A stretch of 64,000 nucleotides of DNA. Origin: a bacterium. Lineage in GTDB: Bacteria; UBA8248. The notes under the pieces were generated by a model. It searched no databases. It saw only the letters and a list, made by a program, of their open reading frames with translations, and was not told the origin of the DNA. The position numbers and the translations under genes were made by a program. Location of the stretch: assembly GCA_965221165.1 (NCBI GenBank), contig CBDCRP010000002.1:1152001-1216000 (forward strand), in the 5' to 3' direction. Below, piece after piece: positions 1 to 10,922 of this stretch (positions within the stretch are counted from its first letter, which is position 1; every line of letters begins with the position of its first letter).

Positions 1-211
1 CGTCCCCCGGGCGGACCCCGAGGCGGGCGAGATACCCATGGCCTTCGTTGTTCCCAGAGAAGGCGTCCAGATCGACGAAGAGGCCCTGATGGATTTCGTG
101 AACGAAAAAATAGCGGGCTACAAGCACGTTCGCGCGGTGGCCTTCATCGACGCCATCCCGAAATCGGGCAGCGGGAAAATACTGCGCCGGTTGCTGAAAG
201 AACAAGTGTAA
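1..211 (+). CDS. AMP-dependent acyl-CoA synthetase/ligase, C-terminal fragment (5' end outside window)
   Basis: Frame from base 2 reads VPRADPEAGEIPMAFVV...IAGYKHVRAVAFIDAIPKSGSGKILRRLLKEQV*, the adenylate-forming C-terminal motif PKxxSGKILRR; TAA at 209-211. Confidence 0.9.
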   Translation, partial: VPRADPEAGEIPMAFVVPREGVQIDEEALMDFVNEKIAGYKHVRAVAFIDAIPKSGSGKILRRLLKEQV

Positions 212-243
212 ACAATCATTTTCGAGCACTTCAACGAGAATTC

Positions 244-1419
244 ATGGACCTTCGTCTGACTCCGAAAAACGAGGCTTTGATCGCACAGGCCGGGGAACTC
301 GCCCGAAACGCACTGGCCGCCCACGCGGACATCTGCGACCAGGAACAGCGTTTCCCGAGAGAGAGTTTCGACGCCTTGATTCGGGAGGGGTTCATGCGCC
401 TCACGCTGCCAGAGTCCCATGGCGGGCGGGAGCTCTGGCGCGACCCCGTCTGCTACGCCATGGTGTTTCACGAACTGGGCAAGGGCTGCGCGAACACCGC
501 CATGACGCTGCACATGCACAGCACGATTCTATACTTTCTCCTCACACTCTCGGATGAAGAGCAAAAGCACCGCTTCGCCGAGGCGGCCCAAAACGGGGCC
601 ATCTTCGGCAGCCACGCAGGCGAAGCGGGCTCCAGCCCCCAGTGGAACCGCACCATCACCACGCGCGCGCGCAAGGAGGGCGATGAATACGTCATCAACG
701 GCCAGAAGTATTTTTGCTCCATGGCCGGGGAGGCGGATTATTACGTGCTCTGGTGTCTGCTCGAGGGGGTCGAGGAGCTCAAGACCGGCCTCCGCTGGGC
801 GGTGGTGGATAAAAACCTCGAGGGCATCACCATCCCGATCCGCTGGAACGCCTTCGCCATGCGGGGCACGGCCAGCCACGCGCTCGCCTATGAGGACGTG
901 AGGGTTCCGGCGCGCAACATCGTGGGCTCGGGCGAGGACATCCTCCAACCCGACTTCGTGCCCAGGTTCGGCCTGGGCTACGCCGCCGTCTATCTGGGCG
1001 CGGGCGCCGCCGCACTGGACTGGATTGTGGACTACGCGCTGAAGCGCAAACTCCTGCCCGACAACGTACCCATCGCGAGCTACCCTGCGATTCAGCGCCA
1101 GATAGGCGAAATGAAAATCGCTCTCGAAACCGCGCTCATCACGATCCAGAAAGCCGCCTGGGTGCTGGAGACCCAGGGCGCCACCAAGGCCATTCCCTTC
1201 ATCAACGAGGCGAAATACACCGCTTCCGAGGCGGCGGCTTCCATGACGGAAAAAGCCCTGAAAATCGCGGGTGGACCCGGCCTGCTGAACGACAAGCCGC
1301 TCCAGCGGTTTCATCGCGACGCCAGAGCCGCGCTGGTGATGCCGCCCAGCACGGAGAAGTGCCTGCAAATGGCGTCGAACTTCGTTTTGAGTCAGAATGA
1401 GGCAGCATCCATCTTCTAA
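244..1419 (+). CDS. Acyl-CoA dehydrogenase superfamily flavoprotein (non-canonical)
   Basis: 391 aa; ACAD motifs YVINGQKYFCS, MRGTAS, GGPG, RFHRDAR. Confidence 0.88.
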   Translation: MDLRLTPKNEALIAQAGELARNALAAHADICDQEQRFPRESFDALIREGFMRLTLPESHGGRELWRDPVCYAMVFHELGKGCANTAMTLHMHSTILYFLLTLSDEEQKHRFAEAAQNGAIFGSHAGEAGSSPQWNRTITTRARKEGDEYVINGQKYFCSMAGEADYYVLWCLLEGVEELKTGLRWAVVDKNLEGITIPIRWNAFAMRGTASHALAYEDVRVPARNIVGSGEDILQPDFVPRFGLGYAAVYLGAGAAALDWIVDYALKRKLLPDNVPIASYPAIQRQIGEMKIALETALITIQKAAWVLETQGATKAIPFINEAKYTASEAAASMTEKALKIAGGPGLLNDKPLQRFHRDARAALVMPPSTEKCLQMASNFVLSQNEAASIF

Positions 1420-1449
1420 GTCTAAAAAATTTCTCGTGAGGGAGAGCGC

Positions 1450-3123
1450 ATGAATAGCGGAAACGGCTCGGACCTGTTTTTGGAAACACTCATCGACGAG
1501 GGTGTCGGCTGCATGTTCGGCAACCCGGGCACCACCGAACTGCCCCTCATGGACGCGCTGGTGAACGAGAGCAGGCTCGATTACATCCTCTGCCTCCAAG
1601 AGTCCGTCACCATCGGCGCAGCCGAGGGCTACGCCTACGCCACGGGCGGCGTGGGTGTGGTGAACCTCCACGTCGCGCCGGGTCTCGGCAACGCCATGGG
1701 CATGCTGTACAACATCAAGCGAGCCGGCACCCCCCTCCTCGTCACGGCGGGCAACCAGGGCCAGCGCGGGCAACTCTCGGAACCCGTGCTCTGGGACGAT
1801 TTGCCGCGCATGGCGGAGCCGCTCACCAAATGGTCCCACGAAGTGCGCAGGGTGGAGGACTTGGAGCAAAGCGTCCGCCGGGCGATTAAATACGCGCTCA
1901 CCCCTCCTACGGGCCCGGTTTTCCTCTCGTTGCCCGGCGACGTCATGCTCGCCGAGACGGGAGGCCCCACGGGCCGTCCCACGCGGCTTTCGAGCGCCTT
2001 TCCCGCGCCTGCCGAATCCATCGAACGCGCGGCCGAAATGCTCGCCGAAGCGGAGAACCCCTACATCGTCACCGGCTCGCGCGTCACCCGCTCGGGCGCG
2101 GTGGGCGAAGTCGCCCGGTTGGCGGAGCGCATCGGGGCGAAGGTGTTTTCCGACAACCGCCCGAATTCCCTCTCGTTCTCCCTCACCCATCCCCTGTACG
2201 CGGGAGAACTCCTGAACACGATCGCGCCGCTGCTGGATCAGATAGAGGACGCGGACGTCGTGTTCTTCATCGGTACGGAAACCTACATCTTCTCCTTCCC
2301 GCCGGAAATTCCGCTGGCGCCGCGCGGCGCGCGAATCATTCATCTGGACTTGGACCCCTGGGAAATCGGCAAGAACTTCCCCGTCGAGGTCGCCATGCTG
2401 GGAGACCCCAAGGCCACGCTTCCAGAACTCACCAAGGCGGTGGAGAAGAAACAGGGAGAATCGGGCGCTCAAAGCGCGGGGGAGCGCCGCGCGTGGGTCG
2501 AGAGAGAACTTGCGGCTTCGAGAAAAGAGATCGCCCCCAAAGCCGGTGACGATGGAGGCCCTCTGACGAAAGAGGCCTTTCAGGCCGCATTCGGGGACGC
2601 CCTCCCCCCGGGGACGGCGCTGGTGGATGAATCCCTCACCATGGGGCACGGCGGCGGCCTCAAAAGCGCGGTCGCCGGTAAGATAGATTCCATCTTCGGC
2701 ATGAAGGGAGGGGGCATCGGCCTGGGCCTGCCCAGCGCGCTGGGGGTGAAAAAAGCCTTGCCCGAGTCCCCCGTGGTCTGCCTTTCGGGAGACGGCTCCG
2801 CCATGTACGCCATTCAGGCGCTCTGGAGCGCCGCGAAATACGATCTGGACGCCGTGTTCGTGATTCTGAACAACAAGAGCTACCGGATTCTCAAGGAGAG
2901 AGTCTTGAGGCTCGACGGCAAAACGCAGGAACACCGGCAATTCGTCGCCATGGATTTCAAGGAGCCGGAACTCGATTTCATCCAGATGGCGAATTCCATG
3001 GGCGTGGACGCCATCAGGGCGAAAACGCCCGCGGAACTGAAAGAGACCATGAAAAAAGGATTGTCCTGCGGCAAACCGTATCTAATCGACGCCCATATCG
3101 AATACGAGCGACTGGAGAACTAA
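1450..3123 (+). CDS. Thiamine diphosphate-dependent enzyme, benzoylformate decarboxylase-like
   Basis: FGNPGTTELP N-terminal motif; ThDP-binding GDGSAMY...NN motif; 557 aa. Confidence 0.88.
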   Translation: MNSGNGSDLFLETLIDEGVGCMFGNPGTTELPLMDALVNESRLDYILCLQESVTIGAAEGYAYATGGVGVVNLHVAPGLGNAMGMLYNIKRAGTPLLVTAGNQGQRGQLSEPVLWDDLPRMAEPLTKWSHEVRRVEDLEQSVRRAIKYALTPPTGPVFLSLPGDVMLAETGGPTGRPTRLSSAFPAPAESIERAAEMLAEAENPYIVTGSRVTRSGAVGEVARLAERIGAKVFSDNRPNSLSFSLTHPLYAGELLNTIAPLLDQIEDADVVFFIGTETYIFSFPPEIPLAPRGARIIHLDLDPWEIGKNFPVEVAMLGDPKATLPELTKAVEKKQGESGAQSAGERRAWVERELAASRKEIAPKAGDDGGPLTKEAFQAAFGDALPPGTALVDESLTMGHGGGLKSAVAGKIDSIFGMKGGGIGLGLPSALGVKKALPESPVVCLSGDGSAMYAIQALWSAAKYDLDAVFVILNNKSYRILKERVLRLDGKTQEHRQFVAMDFKEPELDFIQMANSMGVDAIRAKTPAELKETMKKGLSCGKPYLIDAHIEYERLEN

Positions 3124-3129
3124 AGGCGC

Positions 3130-4380
3130 TCAGGCCACGCCCATCTTCTCGCCATAGGCTTCAAGCGCCTGCTCGAAGCAGGCGAGCGGCGCGCGGACCA
3201 CGCCCGCGCCGACCTGGCCGACGCCGGGTTCCTTGTGCGCGATGCCCGTGTTGATGACGGGCGCGACGCCGAGCTTCACCACCTTCGTGATGTCGACCCC
3301 CGTGGGAACCCCCTGAAAATCAAGAGCGGGAATCGTCCACTCGGGGTTCCGGCCCTGGGTGATCTCATACATGGCGCGCGAATAATTCAGCGCGTCCGCC
3401 GCACTCCCCGCCCCCACGAACCCGACGACGGCGGGGGCCGCGGCCATGGCGAATCCCCCCAACCCCATCGTCTCGATAATCGTGGAATCACCCATGTCCG
3501 GATTGGCGTCATCCTCGCTAAAGCCTGGAAAATACAACCCTTCGAGCATCTCCACAGGCGCCGTAAACCACGCATCCCCCGTTGCGCTCACCCGGATGCC
3601 GAAGTCCGTTCCATTGCGGCTCATTGCCGTGACGATGCTCGACGCCTCGATATCGCGCACCGGGTCCATCACGGCCTTTCCCGTAGCCATCGCGACGTTC
3701 AGGAAAAACTGATCGTTACCACCGATGAAGGACAACACCTCCTCCAGCGCTTCTCTCTCGCTCACGGAGCGCGCAAGGGCGGGGGCCATCTCGCGCATGA
3801 AGAGACTCGTACACGCCACGTTGCGCTGGTGCATTTCATCTCCCATCGAAAGCCCCCGCGCGATGATGCTCTTGAGCGGCACGCCCCCCATCGCCTGGAG
3901 GGCGCCTGAGAGCGCGGGCGCCAGGCAATCCGCCAGCCAGCGAAGCCGGTTCAGCACCTCCTCGTCGTTTCCGCCGAAGCGCATCACCTTCCCCAAGCCC
4001 TCGTTCAGGGTGCAGTACGCCTGGTTTCCGAATTTCCTGTTCTCCACGATCATCACCGGCATCGAACGCGTGGTGATGCCCGTCATGGGGCCGACGGCGT
4101 CGAAATGATGATTCGGGTGGAAGGCGATGCCGCCCGAGGCGGCGAGCGCTTCGCCCGAGGTCAAATCATCCGCCCAGCCTTCCAAAACGGCAGCTCCCGC
4201 GATAGCCCCGCGCAGGGGGCCGCACATGCGTTCCCATTCGATCGGCGGGCCTGCATGCAGGAGAACGCCATCTTTCAAACCCGGTATCACCTCGCCCGCC
4301 GGACGCACGTCCACCAAAACGGGTTCGGCTTGGGTGATGCGGGAGAGCGCCTCCGCGTTCGCGTCCGTGATCACGCCCAT
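3130..4380 (-). CDS. DUF1116 / YlbE (AllG)-like protein
   Basis: LLHAGPPI, GDEMHQRN, FFLN, PDMGDS, INTGIAH motifs typical of YlbE/YahG (DUF1116). Confidence 0.85.
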   Translation of the reverse strand: MGVITDANAEALSRITQAEPVLVDVRPAGEVIPGLKDGVLLHAGPPIEWERMCGPLRGAIAGAAVLEGWADDLTSGEALAASGGIAFHPNHHFDAVGPMTGITTRSMPVMIVENRKFGNQAYCTLNEGLGKVMRFGGNDEEVLNRLRWLADCLAPALSGALQAMGGVPLKSIIARGLSMGDEMHQRNVACTSLFMREMAPALARSVSEREALEEVLSFIGGNDQFFLNVAMATGKAVMDPVRDIEASSIVTAMSRNGTDFGIRVSATGDAWFTAPVEMLEGLYFPGFSEDDANPDMGDSTIIETMGLGGFAMAAAPAVVGFVGAGSAADALNYSRAMYEITQGRNPEWTIPALDFQGVPTGVDITKVVKLGVAPVINTGIAHKEPGVGQVGAGVVRAPLACFEQALEAYGEKMGVA

Positions 4381-5640
4381 TTAGTCCACCTCCCGCCAGG
4401 TCGTCTCCGAGACGTTCTTCACGATGGGACGCCCGCCCTTCACCACGAATCTCTTCTCGGGCTGATCGATGAGGATATCGTCGAAATTGCCTGAATCGAG
4501 AACCACGAAATCGGCCGCGCAGCCCTCTCGCAGACCGTAGCCCTCCTCCACCCCCAACGCCTTAGCGCCGTTGGTCGTGAAAAGATCGGGAACCACGCCC
4601 CTTTCCGATGCACCGCTCATGTGGAGCGCGTGGGCAAGGAGAAGGCCTATTTCGAGCAAATCGCCGCGCCCCGAGGGCGTGAAGGCGTTCCTGATGTTGT
4701 TCGATGCGATGGCGACGTTGACGCCCGCGCTCAGTAAGTCCTTGACGGGGGCGAGGCTTCTGAAACGAGGCGGCTCCTCCCCCCTGCCGCCCAGGAACAA
4801 ATCCGTCGCCGGCAAGGGCAGGACGGAAATGCCCGCCTCCAGGATTTTCTCGATTATCGGCGCGGCCTCATCCCGCGCCATGGCGCCCAGGGAGGTGAGA
4901 TGACCCACGGCCACCCTGCCCTGCAAACCGGCGGCTATCGTGCGGGCGGCCACGGATTCGATTCTCCTCACCTCGGGGGTGTCCGCGAAATCGAGATGAA
5001 AATCCAGGCCGCAGCCACACGCCTCGGCCATCGCGAAAACGATGTCCAGATGCCGCTCGGGGTCCAGGTCGTTATACGGGATTCCGCCCACCAAATCCCC
5101 GCCCATCCGCATCGCCTCGCGCATCAACTCCTCCGTGCCCGGCTGCTGCTCGATGCCCTCTTGCGGAAAAACGACGAGTTGAAAATCCGCCAGGCCGGCG
5201 TATTTTTCCTTGAGCGCCAGGGCGACTTCCATTCCTTTCAGTCCGACGATGGGGTCGACCTCCACCTGCGCCCGAAACCAGGTGGCGCCATGCCGAATGC
5301 ACATGCGCAGGGCGCGCTCGGCGCGCTCCATGATGTCGTGTTTCGTCACGCTTCTCTTCAAGGCGAGCGTGATGGATATGGCGTCCTCGAGCGTGGCGGA
5401 ACGATTGGGCTCGCGCTCCTCTAAAAACGCCTTGTCCAGATGGATGTGGCTCTCCACGAACGCAGGCAAAACGACGCGAGCGCCCAAGTCGATTTCCTCG
5501 CAACCGGACTCATTCTCAAGACCCGGCGATATCCTCGAGAATCGGCCCCCGGCGACGCACAAATCAACAAGGGGACCGCTTAAGTCGATTCTAGCGTTTC
5601 TGAAAATTCTATCGTCCGTCATATCGGCGCTCATGACCAT
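4381..5640 (-). CDS. Cytosine-deaminase-like metal-dependent amidohydrolase
   Basis: ESHIHLDKA, VFPQEG, GGIP, DFHLD, VGH and NIRNAF motifs; abuts the DUF1116 gene. Confidence 0.85.
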   Translation of the reverse strand: MVMSADMTDDRIFRNARIDLSGPLVDLCVAGGRFSRISPGLENESGCEEIDLGARVVLPAFVESHIHLDKAFLEEREPNRSATLEDAISITLALKRSVTKHDIMERAERALRMCIRHGATWFRAQVEVDPIVGLKGMEVALALKEKYAGLADFQLVVFPQEGIEQQPGTEELMREAMRMGGDLVGGIPYNDLDPERHLDIVFAMAEACGCGLDFHLDFADTPEVRRIESVAARTIAAGLQGRVAVGHLTSLGAMARDEAAPIIEKILEAGISVLPLPATDLFLGGRGEEPPRFRSLAPVKDLLSAGVNVAIASNNIRNAFTPSGRGDLLEIGLLLAHALHMSGASERGVVPDLFTTNGAKALGVEEGYGLREGCAADFVVLDSGNFDDILIDQPEKRFVVKGGRPIVKNVSETTWREVD

Positions 5641-5935
5641 TTAACCGCAATGAAATGCCCCCTTAACAGAAACGAAACGCGCATCGCCCATAGTGGCAAA
5701 ATGGAGAAACTCGACATTGCGAACTCTATCTTTCCGCGCGAATTTACGCCAGCGAAAAAGGAGGAAGCGAGAAAAACCCCGTTTCCCGTCAGCTTGACCC
5801 ATATCTGGAATCGTGAACATAATGAGGGATTCAGGGTCATATTTCATCTCGGTTCTCACGTGGCTTGACGACCCGGTGACGCGAGGTGGCGTTTGATCGC
5901 GCGGCGCGCCATTCCAGGACTAAAGAGAGACTTGC

Positions 5936-7033
5936 ATGACCACTCTGAGTTTCACGAATATCCTCGTTCTCAGCTATAACTCCCTCTCCTACGCCGCGAT
6001 TCTTTTTCTCCTGGCGAGCGGACTCTCGCTCATCTTCGGCGTGATGCGCATCGTGAACCTCGCGCACGCCGCTTTTTTCCTCTTCGCCGGCTATCTCGCC
6101 CTGGAATTCTACAACATCATTTTCGGCTCCCTGAGCCTGATGCCGCGAATCATCCAGATCGTTTCGTGGGGCCTGCTATATCTCGCATGGCGGGGACTCA
6201 CGGGATACGTCGCTCCCAAGCACGCCGCGCTGGCGCTGCTCCTCGCCTACGTCGTCGCCGAAGCCCTGAGCGGCCTGATTGGGGGCTTCAAATTCTTCGA
6301 ACTCTTCTTCCCGCACGTGCCCGTCAAGCCTGTCGACAAGATCAACTTCGCGGCCATGATGGCCGCCATCGTTTTCGCGCTTTCCATCGCGGCGCTGTGC
6401 GGGATGTTCATCGAGCGCTTTTTTCTGCGCCGCCTCGGGCAGGACACGCTGGCGCAGGTGCTGGTGACCATCGGTTTCGCTTTCATCTTACAAGACGGCT
6501 CTCTCTACACCTGGGGCGGGGACAACTTCATGCTCAAACAACCCTGGCCCCTCAACTACAGCGCCGTGGTATGGGGCCTATCGCTGCCGCAGTACCGCGG
6601 CTTCATGATCGTCACCGCCGTCGTGGTGGCCGTGGCCCTGTTCCTGGGGATAGAGCGCACCCGTCTCGGCGCCATCATGCGCGCGGCGGTGGACGACCCC
6701 GAGATGGCGCGCGGCATCGGCATCAACACCAACGTCGTGCAAATGGCGATATTCGCCATCGGGGCGCTGCTGGCCGCCACGGGAGGCGTGGTGGGCGGCG
6801 CGTTCTTCGGCGTCTATCCGGGGCTTGATTTCGAGATACTACCCTATGCGTTCGCCGTGGTGATCATCGGGGGCCTCGGCAGTCTGGGCGGCGCCGTCCT
6901 GGGCAGCATCGTGGTCGGCTTCATCGAGAACTTCGGGACCGCGCTGTTTCCCGAACTCTCCTATTTCGCGCTCTTCGCGCCCATGGCCATCATTCTGGCG
7001 ATCAAGCCGACCGGCCTGTTCGGAAAGGGTTAA
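5936..7033 (+). CDS. livH: Branched-chain amino acid-type ABC transporter permease (LivH-like)
   Basis: GLSLIFGVMRIVNLAH and VIIGGLGS motifs; hydrophobic; carries an extra internal segment. Confidence 0.88.
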   Translation: MTTLSFTNILVLSYNSLSYAAILFLLASGLSLIFGVMRIVNLAHAAFFLFAGYLALEFYNIIFGSLSLMPRIIQIVSWGLLYLAWRGLTGYVAPKHAALALLLAYVVAEALSGLIGGFKFFELFFPHVPVKPVDKINFAAMMAAIVFALSIAALCGMFIERFFLRRLGQDTLAQVLVTIGFAFILQDGSLYTWGGDNFMLKQPWPLNYSAVVWGLSLPQYRGFMIVTAVVVAVALFLGIERTRLGAIMRAAVDDPEMARGIGINTNVVQMAIFAIGALLAATGGVVGGAFFGVYPGLDFEILPYAFAVVIIGGLGSLGGAVLGSIVVGFIENFGTALFPELSYFALFAPMAIILAIKPTGLFGKG

Positions 7034-7036
7034 GCC

Positions 7037-8062
7037 ATGGCGGAGAACCTGGCGGAGAAAAGAAGGGTGCTCATCGTGCTGGGCGCCTTCGTCGCTCTCG
7101 GTATCATCACGCCGTTTCTGGACCTTTTCATGCAGAGTCTGGTGACGGAGATTCTCGTCTTCGGCATCCTGGCCATGAGCCTGGACCTTCTCCTGGGATT
7201 CACGGGACTGGCCTCTCTGGGACACGCCGCCTATTTCGGCGTCGCCTCCTACACCACGGCCATCATCATGACGAAAGAAGACTGGACGTGGACCTACGCC
7301 GCCTTCCAGTGGACGGACTCGCTGGGTCTGGGCCTTTTCTACATCTTCATCTTCGCGCTCGTCGTGGCCATGGCCTTCGCCGCGTTCTTCGGTTTTCTGG
7401 CCATCCGCGCCGTGGGGGTGTATTTTCTGATGATCACCCTCTCTCTCGCCATGGTCGTCTGGGGCTTGGCGTATCGCTGGAGCGCCGTGACGGAAGGAGA
7501 CAACGGAATCAACGTCCTGGGCAGGCCCTCGCTGTTCGGAATATCGCTGGAATCGGAAATGCCGTTCTTCTACTTCACGCTCGCGGTGTTTCTCATCTGT
7601 CTGGGCCTGATGTACATGTTCGTGAGAAGCCCCTTCGGAAAAACGCTGGTCGGCATCAGGGAGCGCGAGGAGCGCATGGAAATGCTCGGCTACAACATCT
7701 GGCTCCACAAATACCTCGCGTTCATCATCGCAGGCGTTTTCAGCGGCGTTTCGGGCGTGATGTGGACGCTGTTCAACCTCTTCGTGAGTCCGCCGGACAT
7801 CGAACTCATCACCTCGGCCGAAGCCCTTTTCATGGTGGCCCTCGGTGGTCCCGCCACGCTCGTCGGCCCGGTCATCGGTTCGGCCATCATCCGCTCGCTG
7901 CAACAATTCATCAGCATCTACGTGGAGCGATGGCCGCTGATTCTGGGCGCCATTTACATCATCACCATCATGTTGGGACGCCTCTACGGCGTCGAAGGAA
8001 TTCTCGGATTGTTCGGCAAGTTCCGCAAACCCGCCGCCCCGTCTGAAACCCCCGAGGGTTGA
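7037..8062 (+). CDS. livM: Branched-chain amino acid-type ABC transporter permease (LivM-like)
   Basis: LLLGFTGLASLGHAAYFG and RSPFGKTLVGIRE motifs. Confidence 0.88.
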   Translation: MAENLAEKRRVLIVLGAFVALGIITPFLDLFMQSLVTEILVFGILAMSLDLLLGFTGLASLGHAAYFGVASYTTAIIMTKEDWTWTYAAFQWTDSLGLGLFYIFIFALVVAMAFAAFFGFLAIRAVGVYFLMITLSLAMVVWGLAYRWSAVTEGDNGINVLGRPSLFGISLESEMPFFYFTLAVFLICLGLMYMFVRSPFGKTLVGIREREERMEMLGYNIWLHKYLAFIIAGVFSGVSGVMWTLFNLFVSPPDIELITSAEALFMVALGGPATLVGPVIGSAIIRSLQQFISIYVERWPLILGAIYIITIMLGRLYGVEGILGLFGKFRKPAAPSETPEG

Positions 8063-8114
8063 GGACGGCGCGGCCCCGCGTCTCTTATGCGAGACGAAAT
8101 GAGGGAGGAAAAAC

Positions 8115-9368
8115 ATGAAACGTAAACTCATCACCATCATCGCAGCGCTCGGCATCGCCTTTACCGCCGGACTCGGCGGCGCCCAGGCCGCCGAGGTGCG
8201 CATCGGGTTCATCGCGCCGATGACGGGCATCTTCGCCCAGATCGGCAAGGACATGAGCAACGGCTTCAAGATGTACCTGGCGCACACCAAAAACAAGATG
8301 GGTCCCCTGGACGTGAAGTTCATCCTCGAGGACTCGACCGGCAAGCCGGCCGTGAACGTGCGCAAGGCGCTCAAGCTCATCAAGCGCGACAAGGTGCACA
8401 TGTTCATAGGCGGCCTGCTGGCCAGCACGGGGTATGCGCTCGCGCCGGTGTCCAACCGCTTCAAGGTACCCTACATCTCGCCCGTGCCGGCGGCGGACGA
8501 CCTCACGCAGCGCAAACTCTTCAAGCATTTCCTGCGCAGCGGCTTCACGAGCAGCCAGAACAGCCACCCCCTCGGCGAGTGGGCCTACGACCAGGGCTAC
8601 CGCAACGTGGTCACCATCGGCGCGGACTACGCTTTCGGCTACGAGACCGTGGGCGGCTTCCACAAGGCCTTCGAGGCGCGCGGCGGCAAGGTCGTCAAGA
8701 AGATCTGGGCGAAACTCGGCACCAAGGATTTCGGCCCCTATCTGCCGCAGATTCCCAAGGACGCCGACGCCATCTTCACGCTGATGGTCGGCCCCATGTC
8801 CCTGGCCTTCCCGAAACAGTTCCGCGCCGCGGGCTTCAAGATGCCGATGCTCGGCGGCGTGACGAGCGCGGATGAGTTCATCCTCCCCAGCATGGGCGAA
8901 GAGGCGCTCGGCTACGTGACGGCCTCGCAATACAGCGCCGCTCTCTCGACGGACAAGAACAAGGCGTTCGTCAAGGAGTATCAGCAGCGCTACGGGAAGA
9001 TGGCCTCCTACTACTCGGAGTCCTGCTACACCACGGGCCAGTGGGTGGACCTCACGCTCAAGAAAATCGGCTACAAGCCGGGCAACACCGATGCGTTCCT
9101 CAAGGCGTTCAAGACCATCCGCATCAACGCCATCAGGGGACCGGTGTATCTGGACGCATACGGAAACCCGGTGCACAACAGCTACATCCGCCGGGTGACC
9201 CGCGTGAAGGGCGATCGCCTGGGCCTGGGCGTGAAGTCGAACTCGCTCTGGAACCTCGTGATTAAAACCTACCCCGCCGTGGGCCAGTTCTGGAAGTGGC
9301 CGGCGAAGGATTTCCTGAAGGACCCCGTGTACAGCAAGAAGTTCCCGCCGTGCACGCATTGTAAATAA
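8115..9368 (+). CDS. ABC transporter substrate-binding protein (Liv/Peripla_BP_6 family)
   Basis: Signal peptide ending AQAA; IGFIAPMTG and DYAFG motifs; strong RBS GGAGG. Confidence 0.9.
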   Translation: MKRKLITIIAALGIAFTAGLGGAQAAEVRIGFIAPMTGIFAQIGKDMSNGFKMYLAHTKNKMGPLDVKFILEDSTGKPAVNVRKALKLIKRDKVHMFIGGLLASTGYALAPVSNRFKVPYISPVPAADDLTQRKLFKHFLRSGFTSSQNSHPLGEWAYDQGYRNVVTIGADYAFGYETVGGFHKAFEARGGKVVKKIWAKLGTKDFGPYLPQIPKDADAIFTLMVGPMSLAFPKQFRAAGFKMPMLGGVTSADEFILPSMGEEALGYVTASQYSAALSTDKNKAFVKEYQQRYGKMASYYSESCYTTGQWVDLTLKKIGYKPGNTDAFLKAFKTIRINAIRGPVYLDAYGNPVHNSYIRRVTRVKGDRLGLGVKSNSLWNLVIKTYPAVGQFWKWPAKDFLKDPVYSKKFPPCTHCK

Positions 9369-9379
9369 AGGGCGAATTT

Positions 9380-9412
9380 CCCGCCGTCCGGACCTCCCCG
9401 GTCCGGGCGGCG
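9380..9412 (+). terminator. GC-rich intercistronic hairpin after the SBP gene (terminator or mRNA-stabilising stem)
   Basis: CCGCCGTCCGGACC / GGTCCGGGCGGCGG inverted repeat without a clear U-tract. Confidence 0.5.
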
Positions 9413-9451
9413 GATTCGCGCCGGTGGATTTTCCGTAGGAGCAACCAGGTT

Positions 9452-10210
9452 TTGACGAACGGGCAGCAACCAGGGCTGGAACTGGAAAGCGTCACCAAGC
9501 ATTTCGGCGGCCTACACGCCGTCGAGGACGTGAACCTGCGCCTGAACCTCGGTGAGCGGCGGGGAATCCTGGGGCCGAACGGAGCGGGAAAGACCACGCT
9601 CTTTCACCTCATAACGGGCGTGCTTCCGCTCACCTCGGGCCGCATCCGCCTTTTCGGGCAGGATGTATCGGGGTGGGCCACCCACAAGCGCGTGGCCTTG
9701 GGGATGGCGCGCACCTTTCAGATCACCAGCCTGTTTCCCAAGCTCACCGTGCTCGAGAACGTTCTGCTCGCCGTGCAGGGCTTGCGGAAGATGAAGATGG
9801 TGATGCTCAAACCTCTTTCCAAGTACAAGGACGTGTATGAAAAAGCAGAAAAGCTGCTCAGCGACGTGAACTTCTGGCATTTGAAGGATCAGGAAGTCCG
9901 CAATCTCTCCCACGGGGAGCAGCGCCAACTCGAGATCGTCCTCGCCCTGGCGAGCGACCCGAAGGTTTTGCTTCTCGACGAACCCTCCGCCGGCCTAGCC
10001 ACGGGAGAATCCCACGAGATGGCCGATTTCCTGAAATCACTCGACCCCGGTATAGCCATTCTCCTCATCGAGCACGACCTGGACGTCATATTCGAAGTGG
10101 TCTCTCACATCTGCGTTCTGCACTACGGCGAAGTTCTCGCCGAGGGACCCAGCGACGACATCCGCAACGACCCCAAAGTGCAGGAAATCTACCTCGGAAA
10201 GGCAGAGTGA
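9452..10210 (+). CDS. livG: ABC transporter ATP-binding protein (LivG-like)
   Basis: Walker A GPNGAGKTT, RTFQ, LSHGE, LLDEP, IEHD. Confidence 0.9.
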   Translation: MTNGQQPGLELESVTKHFGGLHAVEDVNLRLNLGERRGILGPNGAGKTTLFHLITGVLPLTSGRIRLFGQDVSGWATHKRVALGMARTFQITSLFPKLTVLENVLLAVQGLRKMKMVMLKPLSKYKDVYEKAEKLLSDVNFWHLKDQEVRNLSHGEQRQLEIVLALASDPKVLLLDEPSAGLATGESHEMADFLKSLDPGIAILLIEHDLDVIFEVVSHICVLHYGEVLAEGPSDDIRNDPKVQEIYLGKAE

Positions 10211-10211
10211 C

Positions 10212-10922
<711 letters not shown>

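Noticed and set aside
529-2940. 803-aa minus-strand ORF and other long antisense ORFs (e.g. 6839-8464, 11071-13188, 27498-29063, 48686-50044)
   Set aside because: They are shadows of well-supported genes on the opposite strand in GC-rich DNA and contain no recognisable motifs
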